Assembly: GCF_004010195.1 (NCBI RefSeq)
Contig: NC_057751.1
Location: forward strand, 17,389,960 to 17,422,951
Reading direction: 5' to 3'
Length of the DNA stretch: 32,992 nt
Source of the DNA: Chiloscyllium plagiosum
Lineage: Eukaryota
Of the stretch, positions 11,590 to 24,786 are shown piece by piece. The stretch's first letter is position 1. Each line of letters starts with the position of its first letter. A program made the position numbers and the translations under genes. The notes below the pieces were generated by a model that was not told the DNA's origin, made no database searches, and saw only the letters and a list, made by a program, of their open reading frames with translations.

Positions 11590-13850
11590 ATTGCATTGGA
11601 ATTATTGCTAGATCATGAATCTAGAAACTGAGCTCATCTTCTGGTGAAAAAGGTTCGTACACGCCACAACAGATATAGTCAAAGAGATGCACAGCTCATA
11701 ACCAGTCCCTCAGTCCAACTCGTCCATGCCAAATAGTTATTATAACCTCATCTAGTCTCATTTGCCAGCACTTAGCCACTATCCCTGTGGTTCTGGGCTC
11801 CTCCACCCATGAAATGACCTTGTCAGTTGACCATATCCATGCCCCTCTTGATTTTATATACGTGCATAACATCACCCATAAGGCTCCGACGCGCTAGCAA
11901 AAGCAGTTGTGGAATTGGAATTCAATAAAAAAAAAGAAACACGAATTAAAGATATACTGATCGCCATGAAATCAGTGTGGATTGTCAGAAAATCCCATCT
12001 GGTTCACTAATATCCTTCAGAGAAGGAAATCTAGCATCCTCACCTTGCCTGGCCAACATGCGACTTGAGACCCACAGCAACATTGTTGATTCTTAGTTGC
12101 CCCCTGAAGTGTCCTAGAAAGCCATTTAGTTCTACCAATTGCTACAAAACTCAAAGAAATTAAACTGGATGAATTTCTTGACATCGTTCTTGGAACCAGA
12201 AAAGATATGTCTTGTCCACACTGCACAGTCCTCCTCACTAGCATCTGTGGACTAATGCCTAAACTGGGGGAGCTTTCTGACAGACTAGTCAAGCTTACAC
12301 AGACATACTCATGGAATCGTACCTTACAGCCACCAAAATTGGATATGTCCTGACTCACTATCGGGACAGATCCAACACAGGTGGCGGCACCATGGTCAAC
12401 AATGGCGAGACAGTTGCTGTGAGAATCCTCAAAATCGATTCCAGACCCCACGAGATCTCATGGCTTCATGTCATACATGGGCAAAGAAACCTCATGCTCA
12501 TTTACATGCACTGTCCTCCCTCTGCTGATGAAATATTGGTTCTCCGAGTTGAACAGCACGAAGAGGAAGCACTAATGATGGCAAGAGCACAATATGTTCT
12601 CTGCCTTGTGGATTTCAATGTTCACCACTAAGAATGGTTCAGCAACAGCACAACAGGTCGAGCTGGACTCGTCCTCAAGGACATAAGTGCTCGACTGAGT
12701 GTGCGTCTAGTGGTGAGGGGACCATCAAGAGGGAAAACATACTTGACTTCTTCCTCACTAATCTGCCAGCTACAGATATATCTGTTGATGACAGAATCGA
12801 TAAGACTGACCATCGTACAATCTTGATAGAGATATAGACGGCTTCCATATTTAAATAAACGTCCATTCATGTTGTGTGGCACGAACACCATGCTAAAAGG
12901 GACATATTTCGATCAGACCGAGCAGCTCAAGTCTGGGCATCCATGAGGCGATGTGGATCATAAAAGCATCTAAATTATACTTTAATACAATCTATAATCT
13001 CATGGTCGGGCATAGCCCCCACTCAGTCTTTACCATCAACCCACTTTGATGAATCCTTTTTTAATGGAGAGGGTAGGAGGGCCTACGAGAAGAAGCATAA
13101 GGCAAAACTGAAGATGAGAGTTTAACCTGTTGAAGCCAACAAACAGGACGTCTTGTATGGCAAACAGCTGGATCAGCAAATGATGACAGAGTTAAGTGAT
13201 CCCACAATGAAGAAATCAGATGTAAGTTCGGCAGTCCTGCCACATATATGCTTTTGGATAATTAAACAACTCACTGGAGGAACAGGCTCAGCAAATATCC
13301 CCAACCATAATGATGGAAGAGACCAGCTTTCATAACAATCTTCTGCCAGAACTGTTGAGTGGATGATCCATCTCCGACTCCTCCAGTGGTCCGAAGCTTG
13401 ACAGATACCAGTCTTCAGGCGATCCATTCCCTTCATTTTATCTCAATAAACAGTTGGAGAAACTGGACACTTGAAGCATCCGGGCAACAGTACATAAGAC
13501 CTTTGCTCCAGAACTTGCCGCTCCCCTAGCCAAACTGAGCCAAATTGAAACACTGGTGTCTACCCAGCAATATGAAAAATTACATAAGTATGTCCTGTAC
13601 ATGTAAAGCAGGACAAATCCAACCCATTCAATTACCGCTCCATCAGTCTACTCTCGATTATTAATAAAGTGATGGAAGGTGTCATCAACAGTGCTATCAA
13701 GCAACAACAGCTGAGCAATACACTGTTGAGTGACATCCAGTTTGGGTTCCGCCAGGGCCACTCAATTCCGGAATTCCTTACAGACTTGGTCCAAACATGG
13801 ACAAAAACAGCTGAGGAGAGGTGAGAGTGACTGACCTTGCCTGGCTCTTC
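11590..13850 (+). mobile_element. Decayed APE-RT LINE (CR1/L2-like) with a SINE-like, probably tRNA-derived 5' region; truncated within RT
   Basis: B-box-like ggttcgtacac (about 11652); leader cccatctggttcactaatatccttcagagaaggaaatct; APE motifs LMESYL, RDRSNTGGG, DFNVHH, LDFFLTN, DHRTI; RT motifs KQDKSNPFNYRSISLLSIINKVMEGVIN and QFGFRQGHS. Confidence 0.8.
11675..11900 (-). mobile_element. CR1 3' end nested in the LINE 5' region
   Basis: gtccaactcgtccatgcc..tagtctcatttgccagcacttagcc and ccatgcccctcttgattttata, similar to 19540-19880. Confidence 0.65.
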
Positions 13851-14329
13851 TGATAAAGGCATTGATCAACGTCTAACTAATGGAGGTTAGTGCAACTCCC
13901 CTCAAATAAACTACAGAAGCAGCCGGATGGACAGATTGTGCGAACTCATTTGCTGAAACCCAACCTCCAAACATTTTCATGTGGGCTGACTTATCATTTA
14001 AGTGGTTTAACTGCCTTCAGCAAATCAACTGATATTTTTGACAATCGGTTTTAGGTTGGGGCAGGCAATGCCAAAGCGGTTCATTGTTAATTGCTCAGAG
14101 GGCACTGAAAATGCAACAACATTGCTGTGCGTTTGGAGTCTTATGTAAATAAAGCAAGGCAAGTGAAACACAGAAACATCCATAAAGGACATTAGGGAAC
14201 TGAGACTTTACTTTTTCAGAAACTGACAACGTTTACAAATGTGACACTGGAATATGATAATTTGCCAATTAATTTTATTCAAATTGCTCTATTTTTTCCT
14301 TGCGAAATTAAACATAGGAGAACACTGTC

Positions 14330-14998
14330 TGTGGTTCTGGTTTACTGGCCCAAAGATAAGGGTACTAACCCATGCCCTTCATCAGGCATGTGGAGAACGT
14401 TTCGCACAGTTAAAAAACAACAAGAATGGAGTTCATTCAGGTTGCGACCACACTGTTACTTTAACAAGATTGTTTTGTCCTGGTTTTCTTTTAAGAGTGT
14501 TCATAAAGGCAGAAGTTCCAAGGGGTTTGGTAATAGCCTAGTTTACCAATGGGCAATGGAGTGACCAGTTTACTTCATTCAGGTGTTTTCTGGTTTAGTT
14601 TAGTTATCGCAGTTTCAAGATGCTGGAGTCCAGGAAAAGGTCTCAAAGTTTCAGCAGATGATTATGGACTGACTTTTCTCTCTGAAATCTCTTTCGAAAT
14701 TGATCCCTCCTTCCCATGTGTTTCTGGGTTGCTGTTGGATTGGAATGGCTCCTTCGTTATGAAGCTGCATTGTGTCCTTGAAGTTTTCCAGCAGTTAAAC
14801 CATTCTAAATTTCATTTCGTGCTGTTTGTCTTCCAATTTTAGTTGTTAAATAAATTCTGTTTTGTCTAAAGCCGAGTAATTTGAACACGTGCATCACATT
14901 TGGAATATCCATATCACATATGACTTTAAAATGAGAAATATTAGGGCCTGGGCTACCTCCTTAAAATATTTTGAGGGGGTCTGGCCTGGTCCAAAACA
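14330..14998 (+). mobile_element. Probable solo LTR of the Gypsy family (5' boundary uncertain)
   Basis: aataaattctgttttg..gcatcaca..tggaatatcc..aaatattttgagggggtctggcctggtccaaaaca aligns with 4376-4525 and 31194-31340. Confidence 0.7.
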
Positions 14999-15629
14999 AT
15001 CTTTAAACAATGTATTATTTTGGAGAAACGATCCATAGTTTTCTGAGTTGGGGACAGAGTATGGTAAATCCTGGCAAACTGTCGAAAGCAGGTTTCTTTC
15101 TTACATATTTTCAATCTACTTGCAGGTCTGAGGATGCTCTGATTGACAATTCCCGATTACCGATGCTGGAACCGCAAACCCGAGGACTCCTTCAAAAGCT
15201 GGTAAAATATGCCCCACAACCACAGGAATAAGAATTAATAGCGCAATGAAAAGACGTCAAGACTCCGACCAGATCAACGATAAGATCCGTCAGAACGCTC
15301 AAGGTCAGGACTGCTGATCAGGAACTCATTAGATTCACTGATGTACATTCTGAAACGCTTGACTTCCTTCAGCGATGTCAAGAGACCATACGCTGTTCAA
15401 GTCTTTTTCCCACGTCCACATGAAAAAAACTCACGCATCTATCGGACTTGCTGACCTCACTCACTGACATCCGGGATTGACGAGGAGGACCCACCCAGGC
15501 AGGAAATGTAGGTGCCACGCTGGACATCAGGTGGGTCAGAAACTCCATGTGTTCAAGCCACACGCCCCTCCCCAGCAAACCTTTAGAAACAGCCAAGCTG
15601 TTGAGAAAAAGACGGACCATCTTAATGCG

Positions 15630-15740
15630 AGAGTCAAAGAGAGTGTCGCTGGAAATTCATAGCCAGTCAGGCGAGAGCCGAGGAGAAGTAGAGTCGACGT
15701 TTCGATCATAAGCTCTTCATCAGCATTCAGCCTCATTCCT
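15630..15740 (-). mobile_element. Isolated PLE 3' end (Neptune-type) with a hammerhead-like motif at 15691-15728
   Basis: Minus strand reads gaaug-CUGAUGA-agagc-uuau-gauc-GAAA-cg-UC-gacuc; same family as 7192-7405. Confidence 0.7.
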
Positions 15741-15744
15741 GTCT

Positions 15745-16475
15745 GCATACAGAACTGGCTGGCTGAAAGAAGACAATAAATGGTAGTGAATGAATATATT
15801 CCGACTGGACGTTGGTGACCAGTGCCCTTAAGTAGGCATCTGTTTTTGTGTTTCTGCACATTTTACGTCTAATAAGTGATTTGGGTGAAGAAGTGGAAGG
15901 GTGGTTTAGTAAAGTTCCCGATGACACAAAGGTCGGTTCTGGTATAGATTATGTCGAGGTTGTCACAGTCTACCACATGACAGTAACAGGATGCAGTGCT
16001 GGGCTGAAAGGTGGCAGATGACGTTCATCCGAGAGAAATGTGAAGTGATTCATTTTGGATCGTTTTGAATTTGAATGTCGAATATAGTGTTAAAGACAGG
16101 ATTATTGGCAACGTGGAGGAAAAGCAAGATCTTGGGGTCCAAGTACATAGATCTCTCAAAGTTGACTGCCCCCCCTTCCCCAGTTGATCGGGTCGTTAAA
16201 AAGACGTATGGTGTTTTGGCTTTCACATAACTCGTTGACTTAGTTTAAGAGCCGTAAGATTTTGCTACAGCCCTGCAAAACCCTGAGTAGACCACACTTG
16301 GAATATTGCATCTAGTTCTGTTTGCCTCATCACAGGAAGCTTGTGAATGCTTTAGGGAGGGTGTAGAGGAAGCTTACCAGGATGCTGCCTGCATTGTAAA
16401 GCTTGTCTTATGAAGAGACGTTGAATGAACGAGGGTTTTTCAAGCTGGTGACAAGAAGGAAGAGAGGTGACGTGA
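15745..16475 (+). mobile_element. CR1 RT 3' half relic
   Basis: Degenerate FADDTKVG (cccgatgacacaaaggtcgg), WAERWQM, KCEVIHFG, DLGVQV, RPHLEYC, TRMLP. Confidence 0.85.
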
Positions 16476-17529
16476 CAGACGTGATTCCTCAGCGAATGCT
16501 CCACAGTATTCCAAACTTGCTAGTTGAGTTCCAAACCGCAGGCTTCCAGGAGTTGCGCCTGGAGTATTTTCCTGCTCATATCCCGAACTTCGGAATGGGT
16601 CATGTGCGTAGATTCCCACAGGGTTTAACGGGAGCAAACCACGGTTTACAGCTTAGCTGTCCTGACTGACCATTTTAAATTCAGTCTTTTGGAAGTGGCT
16701 TAAGATACGATGTTCTGATTTACTGATCGGCTTGGGCTTCCCAGAATAAAGGAATTAGGCAAAATTAAACCGAATCTTGCACGGGTTTTGCTCACGTAGC
16801 TTCAGATTCTAAAATGCAAACGTTCAAGTGCTGAAAACTGATGAACATTTACCCTGCTGCATTTTCCCAATAGAATCACAGGCTTGGTACAGCACAGACA
16901 GAGGTCATTTGCAACATTGGACCTGCATTGGCTCTTCCAGTGAATATTATTGCGGCTTGCTAATTTCCCACTTTCCTCCAAACTCTTGCCATCCATATAT
17001 TTCATTACAGTACAATGCAAGTTCGTCAACAGTGATAATTATTGCTTACAATCCATTCTTCCTCCTCTCGTTTTAACACCTGATTATCTCTGTTTTGGAC
17101 ATTTTAATGCCTTCATCTATACAAGAAGATAAAAGGTATTTGTTCAATGTCCATATCATTTTCCTCCTCTCCTTTTGTTAGGTCCAGCGTTCTATTCAGT
17201 CAGGGACGAATATTTCATTTTCCAACCGTCATCCCGATATCTAACTTTGTCGAAGTTCTTGCCATCTCCTTTTCGAATCATTTCGTGTTAATTTCCGTTT
17301 TCATGCAACTGTCTCCCACTTTTTCGAAAAAAAAACATTCACTGCTTTTCATTAAAAGACCTAAACTTAACCAGACAGCTTCACAGCATTGACAAGTTTC
17401 GTTCACTGTCAAATGATCCTTACATTCAAGGTTTCGTGCACACATCATCTTCAATTGCATCTCTGTAAAGATAACTCTTGAGAGTTATGAGATGTTACTT
17501 GAAGAGCCCAACAGTGCTTGTCTAACATG

Positions 17530-17610
17530 CTAAAGATCACACAACACCACGTTATCGCACAACATGTTTATTTGGAACTGCACACTTTTGAAGCACTGCT
17601 CTTTCGTTAT
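17530..17610 (-). mobile_element. Very degenerate short repeat, probably a PLE-derived terminus
   Basis: atcacacaacaccacgttat..tttatttggaa..ttttgaagcactgctctttcg resembles a common shark PLE end; recognised from memory only. Confidence 0.4.
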
Positions 17611-17848
17611 ATTTAACATGCGAGCATTTCTATTTCTTTTCCAGTCTGTCATAACGAAATGTGCTTTCACGGGTTTTTGTTTGTTTTATGTAAGTGTATA
17701 GATTGGGTTCATTCATGTTTATCACCATTCTCATGTATAAACTGGACGACATTTCATCATTTTGTGATCACTCTGGAGTAGTGGGCACGACACTGAATCT
17801 TCTCCTCTGTCGATCTATCTTAGATTTACGTGCAGACTATGCAAACTG

Positions 17849-17902
17849 CACACACATGCAGACACACAGACGCAGACACACACAAACACACGCACACACA
17901 CA
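17849..17902. repeat. Imperfect (CA)n microsatellite in the putative GPCR 3' UTR
   Basis: cacacacatgcagacacacagacgcagacacacacaaacacacgcacacacaca. Confidence 0.85.
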
Positions 17903-18106
17903 AACTGAAGCATTAGTACAACAGAACCAATTGGAATGCAGAAAATACGTTGCAATCTGTCAGGTTGGAGTCGCAAACATCACAGATCGGAGGCACTGGA
18001 TACAAAATCCAGTTACACAAATGTGTATAAGTCTGACACAAAGAGTGAACATTGCATCGAAACAGATGCAGAATTAATTGTTGTTGGTGTAATTTTGCAT
18101 TAAGTC

Positions 18107-19008
18107 TCAACCTTTAATCCATTTTAAAAGTGAAGTCAAGGGATAGTTCACCATGATCTTCAATTGCTGTCTGAAGTGAGGATGTGTGATGACATAAATT
18201 GCAGTGTTTGTGCAGCAACTGAGCATCTGGAGCATGTAGCCCAGTTCCATTACGCAAAGGGGGAGAACTAGAAATTGATATCCCAAACTTACCATTCTCC
18301 AATTTATGGAAAATACCATTGATACTGACCATAACAGTAGAATATTGCCTGAGATAAGAAACAATAAAATGATGGAATTCCTTCGACCCTTCAGCTCTTT
18401 GCCTCTGGCGCTCTTCCTGTTGTTTTGATGGTGTAATCTCTTGCGGCCTTTGCTGGTCACTACAATGTGTCTCACCGTTATAAAATTGAAAAGCAGAATA
18501 AGAATAAAGGCAACTCCCGGGGTTAGTATGTAATGAAAGAACTCAATTGCTCCCCACGCCAGAGAAAACTTGACTTCTCTTTTAATGAAACAAAACCATG
18601 GTCTGTTCCTGGGATAATACTGTCCTTCGAACATAAAATACCAGAAAATATTCTTCAAACCACTCAATCCAATCATCATTCCCAGAACCACAGCCGTTGT
18701 TTTTACATTGCAATATTTAATTTTCAGCATTGGGCAACAAATGGCCACAAAACGATCAAAGGTGAAAGCGACGGCGAACCAGACAGAACAGTCAATGATT
18801 GCATAAAGCAGGGCAGCGTGGATATTACACACAGGAATGCCTTCTAAGAAATGATGCTCGTCCATATAGACAAATGGTATGTGTCGCAATATGAGGTCAA
18901 CAATAATAACCAGGAGATCTGCTATTGCCATGGCCATCAGGTAGCGAGTGACACAATTGGAGAGACCACACTTTTTCCGGGACAAAATCACAACTGTTAC
19001 TACGTTAG
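18107..19008 (-). CDS. Class A GPCR, GPR139/GPR142-like orphan receptor, coding exon 2 (end of TM1 to C-terminus)
   Basis: Uninterrupted ORF with TM1 Asn, MAIADLLV (TM2), C..FTFDRFVAIC (TM3, DRF), ECL2 Cys in PWFC, TM5 Pro, SCCTNTAIY (TM7) and FRQQL helix 8. Acceptor tttgctttcctcacAG at 19010-19009; TGA at 18109-18107. Confidence 0.93.
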
Positions 19009-19344
19009 CTGTGAGGAAAGCAAACAATGAAGTTATGATTTTTGCTTGGAATAATATCAGTTTTCTTGAGCATTATCTAAGATGTTAAATATCACGCTGT
19101 AGTCATTACTGTAGCGACAGATTATGCCAATGCTTAGATTACTTGTTGTTTCCAACTATTGCCTTTCCATAAATTGAGCATTGAATGGAAATGTATCATG
19201 ATATAATCGTTGCTGTTTACTGAAATGTTTCTTATTGATTCAATTAAATTTTTGCCGTAACATAAATCAAGAAACTCAACTTGATTTAGGGAACGCTGTA
19301 CTGTGAATTTGTATTTTAAAAGTATAATCAAAGCATCCCTCCAC

Positions 19345-19505
19345 ATGTGGACCAGGTGATTTATCCCAAACAGGTCCACACCAACCCTTCGAACATCACC
19401 CCACATTGACCCATTGCCCATCACCCTAAAATTACATTTCCTTAGACTAATGCATGTAAGCATATCTCTGAACACGAAGAAACGTTTAGCATGGCCAATT
19501 CATCG
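19345..19505 (-). mobile_element. Partial HE1-like SINE 3' half
   Basis: acaggtccacaccaaccctt..tttagcatggccaattcatc is the reverse of the SINE segment gtgaattg(g)c..gtgtggacttgt seen at 4800-4890. Confidence 0.55.
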
Positions 19506-19519
19506 AAACAATACAGAGA

Positions 19520-22500
19520 GACACAGAGACATAGAGATGTACTGCAATGAATCAAGCCCTTCAGTTCGAATGGTCCATCCCTAACTAATCTGGTCCGATT
19601 TGCCAGCACTTGGCCAATATCTCTCGAAAGCCGTCCTATCATGTACCCACCCCGATGCCATTTAATTATTGCAATTCTACCAGCGTCCACCATTTCTGTT
19701 GGCAGATTATTTCATACATGGAGCACACTGCATGAAAAAGTTGTTCCTTCGGTCCCTTTTATATCTCTCTGCTCTCAAACTAAATCTATGCCCTCTAGTT
19801 CTGGACTCGCCCAGCCCAGGGAAAATAACATGTTTATTTACCTTACCCATGCCCCTCATGATTCTATAAATATGTATAAGGCCATTTATACAATGACGTT
19901 ATAAAATGAGCCTCCGAAGGTCCAGGAGAAACAGCCCTAGCCTATACAGCTCCTCCCTATACCTCAAATCATGCAACTCTTGAAACATGCTTGTAAATCT
20001 TTTCTGAACCTTTTCACGTTTCACAACATACTTCCAAAAGGAAGGAGACCACGGTTGTACACAACGTTCCAAACGTGGCCTAACCAACGCCATGGACAGT
20101 CGCAACATGACCCCAAATTGTGCACTCAATACTCTTGACTAATAAATTAATACATACCAAATGCCTTCTTCACTCTCTGATCTCGCTGCGACTCTACTTT
20201 CAAGGAGGTATGAACATTCAAACCAACTCTTTGTTCATTAACATTCCCTCGGACCTTATAATTAAGTAGGCAAAAGTGATGACTGCAGATACCTGAGATT
20301 AAAGTCAAGATTAAAGTAATACTGGAAAAGCACAGGCGGGCAGGTAGCATCCGAGGAGCAGGAAAATTGACGTTATGGGCAGGAACCCGTAATCAGGAAT
20401 GAGGCTGGAAACCTCGGGGGTGGAGAGATAAACGGGAGGGCGATGGGCTGGGCAGGAGGTAGTTGACAGTGCAATAGGTCGATTGAGGAAGGGGTAAAAG
20501 TCGTAGAGGAGCGTGGACCTCCGAGATGGGAAGGACGTTTGACAGATGGGACAGGTCATGACTATGGTTCTGAGCTAGAAGTTTGTAACTGGGGTAGGTG
20601 GAGAGAGGGGAAATGATTGATGACCTGGGTTTGAAGGGTTCTGAGGTGGAAGATGAGGGAGTGGCAGTGGTGGAGGTTCAGACCTGCATGTCCTCAGAAG
20701 AGCAAGAGGGAAAGTCGAAATGTTCGACCACGGGGCGGTGGGTTTGATTGATACGGATGGAGATGTTCCCTGATGCAATCTGCGAGAGGGCATCCAGTCT
20801 CTCCAATGGAAAAAGAGACTGCATCGGGTGCAATGGGTGCCGTAAATGACATTAGTGGACGTGCAGGTGCAAGTTCGATGAATGTGGAAGGCTTGTTTGG
20901 GGCTTTGGATGGAGGTGAGGGGTGGGAATGTGTTGGCGCAGGTTTTGCAACTCCTGTGGTGGCAGGGAAAGATGCCAGGAGGGGAGGGTGGCTTGTTGTG
21001 GGGCGTGGACCTGAACAGGTAGTCATGGCAGAAACGGTCTTTGCAGAAAGCGGATCGTGGTGGGGAGTGAAATATATTCCTGGTCGTTGGATCCATTTGT
21101 AGGTGGCGGAAATGTAAGCAGATGATGCGATTTATGCAGCGGTTGGTAGCATGGAAGGTGAGGACCGGGGGTTCTAATTTGTTGCAGTTGGAGTGGTAGG
21201 GTGCGGGACCTGGATGAGATGCATTGGAGGGCATCTTCAACCATGTGGGAGTGAAATTCCAGTCTTTAAAGGAGGAGGCCATCTGGTGTGTTCTCTGGCG
21301 GAACTGGTTCTCCTTGGACCAGATACAGTGGAGATTGTGGAATTGCGAATTACTGGAGACCATTTTTACAGGAGATAGGGTGGGAGGAGGTGTAATCCAA
21401 GTAGCTGTGGGAGTCAATGGGTTTGTAAAAAAATCTCAGTGTTGAATCGGTCGTCATTGATTGAGATGAAGAGGTCGAGTACGGGAGGAAAGTGCCAGAA
21501 ATGATTCGTTTGAACTTCATGGCGGGGTGGAATATGTTAGTGAAATTGATGAACTGATCAACCCCCTCGTGGGAGCATGAGGTGGTGCTGATGCAGTCAT
21601 CAATGAAGCTGAAGAGTATAGTTCCTACACTGATCTGCTCTTCCAAAATGCAGAACCTGAAATTTTTAAAAATTAAAGTCCATCTGCCACTCCTCAGCCC
21701 ATTGGCTCATCTGATTAAGACCCTATTTTAACCTGAGGTAACCTCCTTTGCAGTTCACTACACCTCCAATTTTAGTGTCATCTGCACATTTACTAGTAAT
21801 GCCTCCTATGTTCACATCCAAATCATGTATATAAATGTGGAAAAGTAGTGGACCCAGCACCGAACCCTGAGACACTCCACTGGCCACAGACTTTCTTTCT
21901 GAAAAGCAACTCTCTACAACCACACTCTGCTTTCTACCTTCGAACCAATTCTGTATCCAAATCGCTATTTCCCGATGTATTCTACGCTATGTAACCTTGA
22001 TAACCAGTCCCCCATGTGGAGCCATGTCGAAAGCCTTACATCAAATTAGATCATGTCCACATCTCTACCATAATCAATCCTTTTTGTTACTCGTTCAAAA
22101 AAAAACTCCGTCAAGTTCGTCAGAGATGATTTCCTTTGCACAGTCATATTGATGATCCCTAGTCAGTCCTTTTCCAAATACGTGTCAGTCCTGATTCACG
22201 GGATTCCTTCCAAAATCCTGCCCACTACCGACGTCAGGCTCACCGGTCTATAGTTTCATGGCATGTACTTACCATCTTTCTTAGGTTGTGGTACCACTTT
22301 AGCCAACCTCACCTGTGATTATCAATAACGCAACCATCTCAGTATGGGGATCAGTGAGCACTTCCCTAGCTCCCAACAGAGTTAAAGTGTACACATGATC
22401 GCATCCTTGGGATGTATCAACCTTCATGCGCTTCATGACATCCAACACCTCTTCCTTTAAATATGACCATTTCGCAAGATGTCACCATCTGTTTGCCCAA

Positions 22501-22760
22501 ATGCTATATCTTTCATGTCCTTCTTCACAGTAAGCATTGAGGCAAAACATTCGTCGAGTAGACTCCCTCCCCAGCCATTTCGGCAGCTCCACAGAAAGGC
22601 TGCCTTGCTGAATTTTCAGGGGCTCGATTCTATCCAAAGTTACACTTTCATTCTTAATGTGTTTGTACAAAACCCTTTGAATTATTTTAACTGTATTTAG
22701 CAAAGCTATTTCAGGTCCCCTATTGCCCTCCTGATTTCTCTCTTATGTACACTCCTATTG
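19520..22760 (-). mobile_element. CR1 ORF2 relic, interrupted by a PLE at 20272-21617
   Basis: LVRPRLERCVQPWSP..KRFTSM; SGVSQGSVLGPLLFHIYIHDL..KCADDTKIGG; YRPVSLTSVVG; sequence appears collinear across the PLE. Confidence 0.88.
20272..21617 (-). mobile_element. 5'-truncated Neptune-type PLE (RT C-terminus, Cys-rich linker, GIY-YIG, 3' end)
   Basis: FIDDCI, FYKPIDSHSYLDYTSSHP, linker FPCHHRSCKTC, TSTNVIYGTHCTRC..IGETGCPLADCIREHL; degenerate hammerhead at 20365-20400. Confidence 0.88.
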
Positions 22761-22840
22761 CAGTTTTCAATGTGTGAAGAAATCAAAGCTTTCGGATGGA
22801 AGCCTTGCAGCCAAAGACATTAGTCACTAACGCCGCGTAG

Positions 22841-22915
22841 GGAGTCGCCCGAGTCTGGAATCGAACCCCCGGCCAAAGGGCTGTGAGAAAGCAGTGCGTA
22901 GCGCTGAGCCAACTT
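22841..22915 (-). mobile_element. tRNA-derived SINE head fragment
   Basis: Minus strand: TGGCTCAGCGC A-box-like, gcactgctttctcacagc, GGTTCGATTCC B box; homologous to 4642-4710. Confidence 0.7.
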
Positions 22916-23295
22916 GCTCCACGGGAATTTGCGTCCCAAATTTGATCATGCACTCATGTGTCTTATCAATCTGGGACTGGCAGAGTTTGATTTAATTTGA
23001 TAACGATCGAACATTCTTCGATTGATGTGGATTATATCCAGGACAAAGTGGTTCACAAAACTGATTCCCAGCGTTTGGAATTTGCACTGCAGCAACTCTC
23101 CAAGGCTCAATGGCTTATAGCGGCTCAAAATTCATGCACTTCTGTGTTATAAGTTCCATTTTTAGGCGAAACATGACCTTCAGTGTTCAAGCCAGTGTCT
23201 CAGAATTCATACGCTTGACTTTGCAATTTATACTAGGATTATCGGGGAAACCACGGCAGAGATTGACGTGTCTTTAATCTTTATGTCTTCGTTGT

Positions 23296-24750
23296 CTACA
23301 GGAATAGTTTCAAAAGACTGAAGGATAGCAAATGTTGTTACCTTGTTCAAGAAGGCGAAAAGAGGCAACCCTGGTAATTATAGACTTGTGAGCCTTAATG
23401 CAGTTGTGGGTTAAGTGTTGGAAAACGTTATAAGAGAGAGGATTTATAATCATCAAGAAAGGAATAAGTTGATTAGGGATAGTCAACACGATTTTGTGAA
23501 GGGTCGGTTGAGTGTTGCTAACCTTATTGAGTTCTTTGAGAAAGTGACTAAATATATGGATCCGGGCAAAGTGGTTTTTGTTGTGCATATGAATTTCAGT
23601 AAGGCATTTGGGAAAGTTGTCCATGGTAGGCTACTGCACAAAATACAAAGCCATGGGATTGAGGGTGATTTAGAAGTTTTGAACAAAAATTGGCTAGCTG
23701 AAAGAAGATAGAGGGTGGTCTTTGACGGGAAATGATCATCCTGGAGCTTGGTTACTAGTTGTATAATGCAAGGATCTGTTGTCAGTCCACTGCTGCTTTT
23801 TTGATAGATGATCTGGTTGAAGACATAGAGGATGGGTTACCAAATTTGCGGATAGCAATAAGTACAGTTTGAGATCATGCCAGTGGATGTTGTGGATTGC
23901 AGCGGGACATAGATAGGCTGCAGAACTGGGCTGAGAGGTGGCAAATGGAGCTTAATGTGGAAGAGTTTGAGGTGATTCACATCGGTAGAAGTAACAGGAA
24001 TGCAGAATACTGCGATAATGGAAAGATTCTTGGTAGTGTTGATGAGCAGACAGATCTCAGTGTCCAAGTACATAGATCCCTGAACGTTGCCAACCAGGTG
24101 AATAGCATTGTTAAGAAGACATACTGTGTTTTGGATGTTATTAGTAAAGAGATTGAGTTTCGTAACTATGAGGTCATGTTGCAGCTATAACAAAAACGCT
24201 GGTGCAGCCACACTTCGAGCATTGCATACTGATCTGGTCACTGCATTATAGGAAGGCTGTGGCAGCATTGGAAAGGGGAAGAGGAAATTGAGTAGGATGT
24301 TGCCTGGTATGGAAGGAAGGTCATCTGAGGAAAGGCAGAGGGACTTGAGGGTGTTTCCATTCGAGAAAAGAAAGTTGAGACGTGACTTAATTGAGACATG
24401 TAAGATAATCAGAGGATTAGATAGGGTGGACAGTGAGAGCCTTATTCCCCGGATGTTGATGACTAACATGAGGCACGTAGCATTAAATTGAGGTGTGATG
24501 GATATTGGACAGATGTCAGAGATAGTTTCTTTACCTATAAAATGGAAGGGCTGTGGAAAGAACTGCCTGCAGCAGTAGTGGACTCGCCAACTTTAAGAAC
24601 ATGTAAATAGCTATTGTATAGACATATGGACAAAAATGGAATAGAGTTATTTAGAAGAGCTTTAGATCGGTTTCACAGGTCGGCACATCATCGAGGGCCG
24701 AATGACTTGTACTGAGCTGTAATGTTCTAAGTTTTATGTTCTATGTTCTA
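23296..24750 (+). mobile_element. 5'-truncated CR1 LINE with RT and complete 3' end
   Basis: ANVVTLFKK..PGNYRLVSL, QHDFVKGR, NLIEFFE, FSKAF, LQNWAERWQME, LRRDLIETCKIIRGLDRVD; (TTCTATG)n tail. Confidence 0.92.
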
Positions 24751-24786
24751 TTGTTAAGATCTGGAGGACTAATCACAACAGAATGG

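Noticed and set aside
15378..15662. Overlapping ORFs in a more GC-rich patch
   Set aside because: No motif recognised; possibly an unidentified repeat
19009..19027. ORF-track start MFAFLT for a single-exon GPCR
   Set aside because: Non-ATG start inside the polypyrimidine tract and acceptor; TM1 is incomplete without exon 1
19096..19120. Small hairpin cgctgtagt..actgtagcg near the branch-point region
   Set aside because: Short, needs G-U pairs and folds only on the non-gene strand
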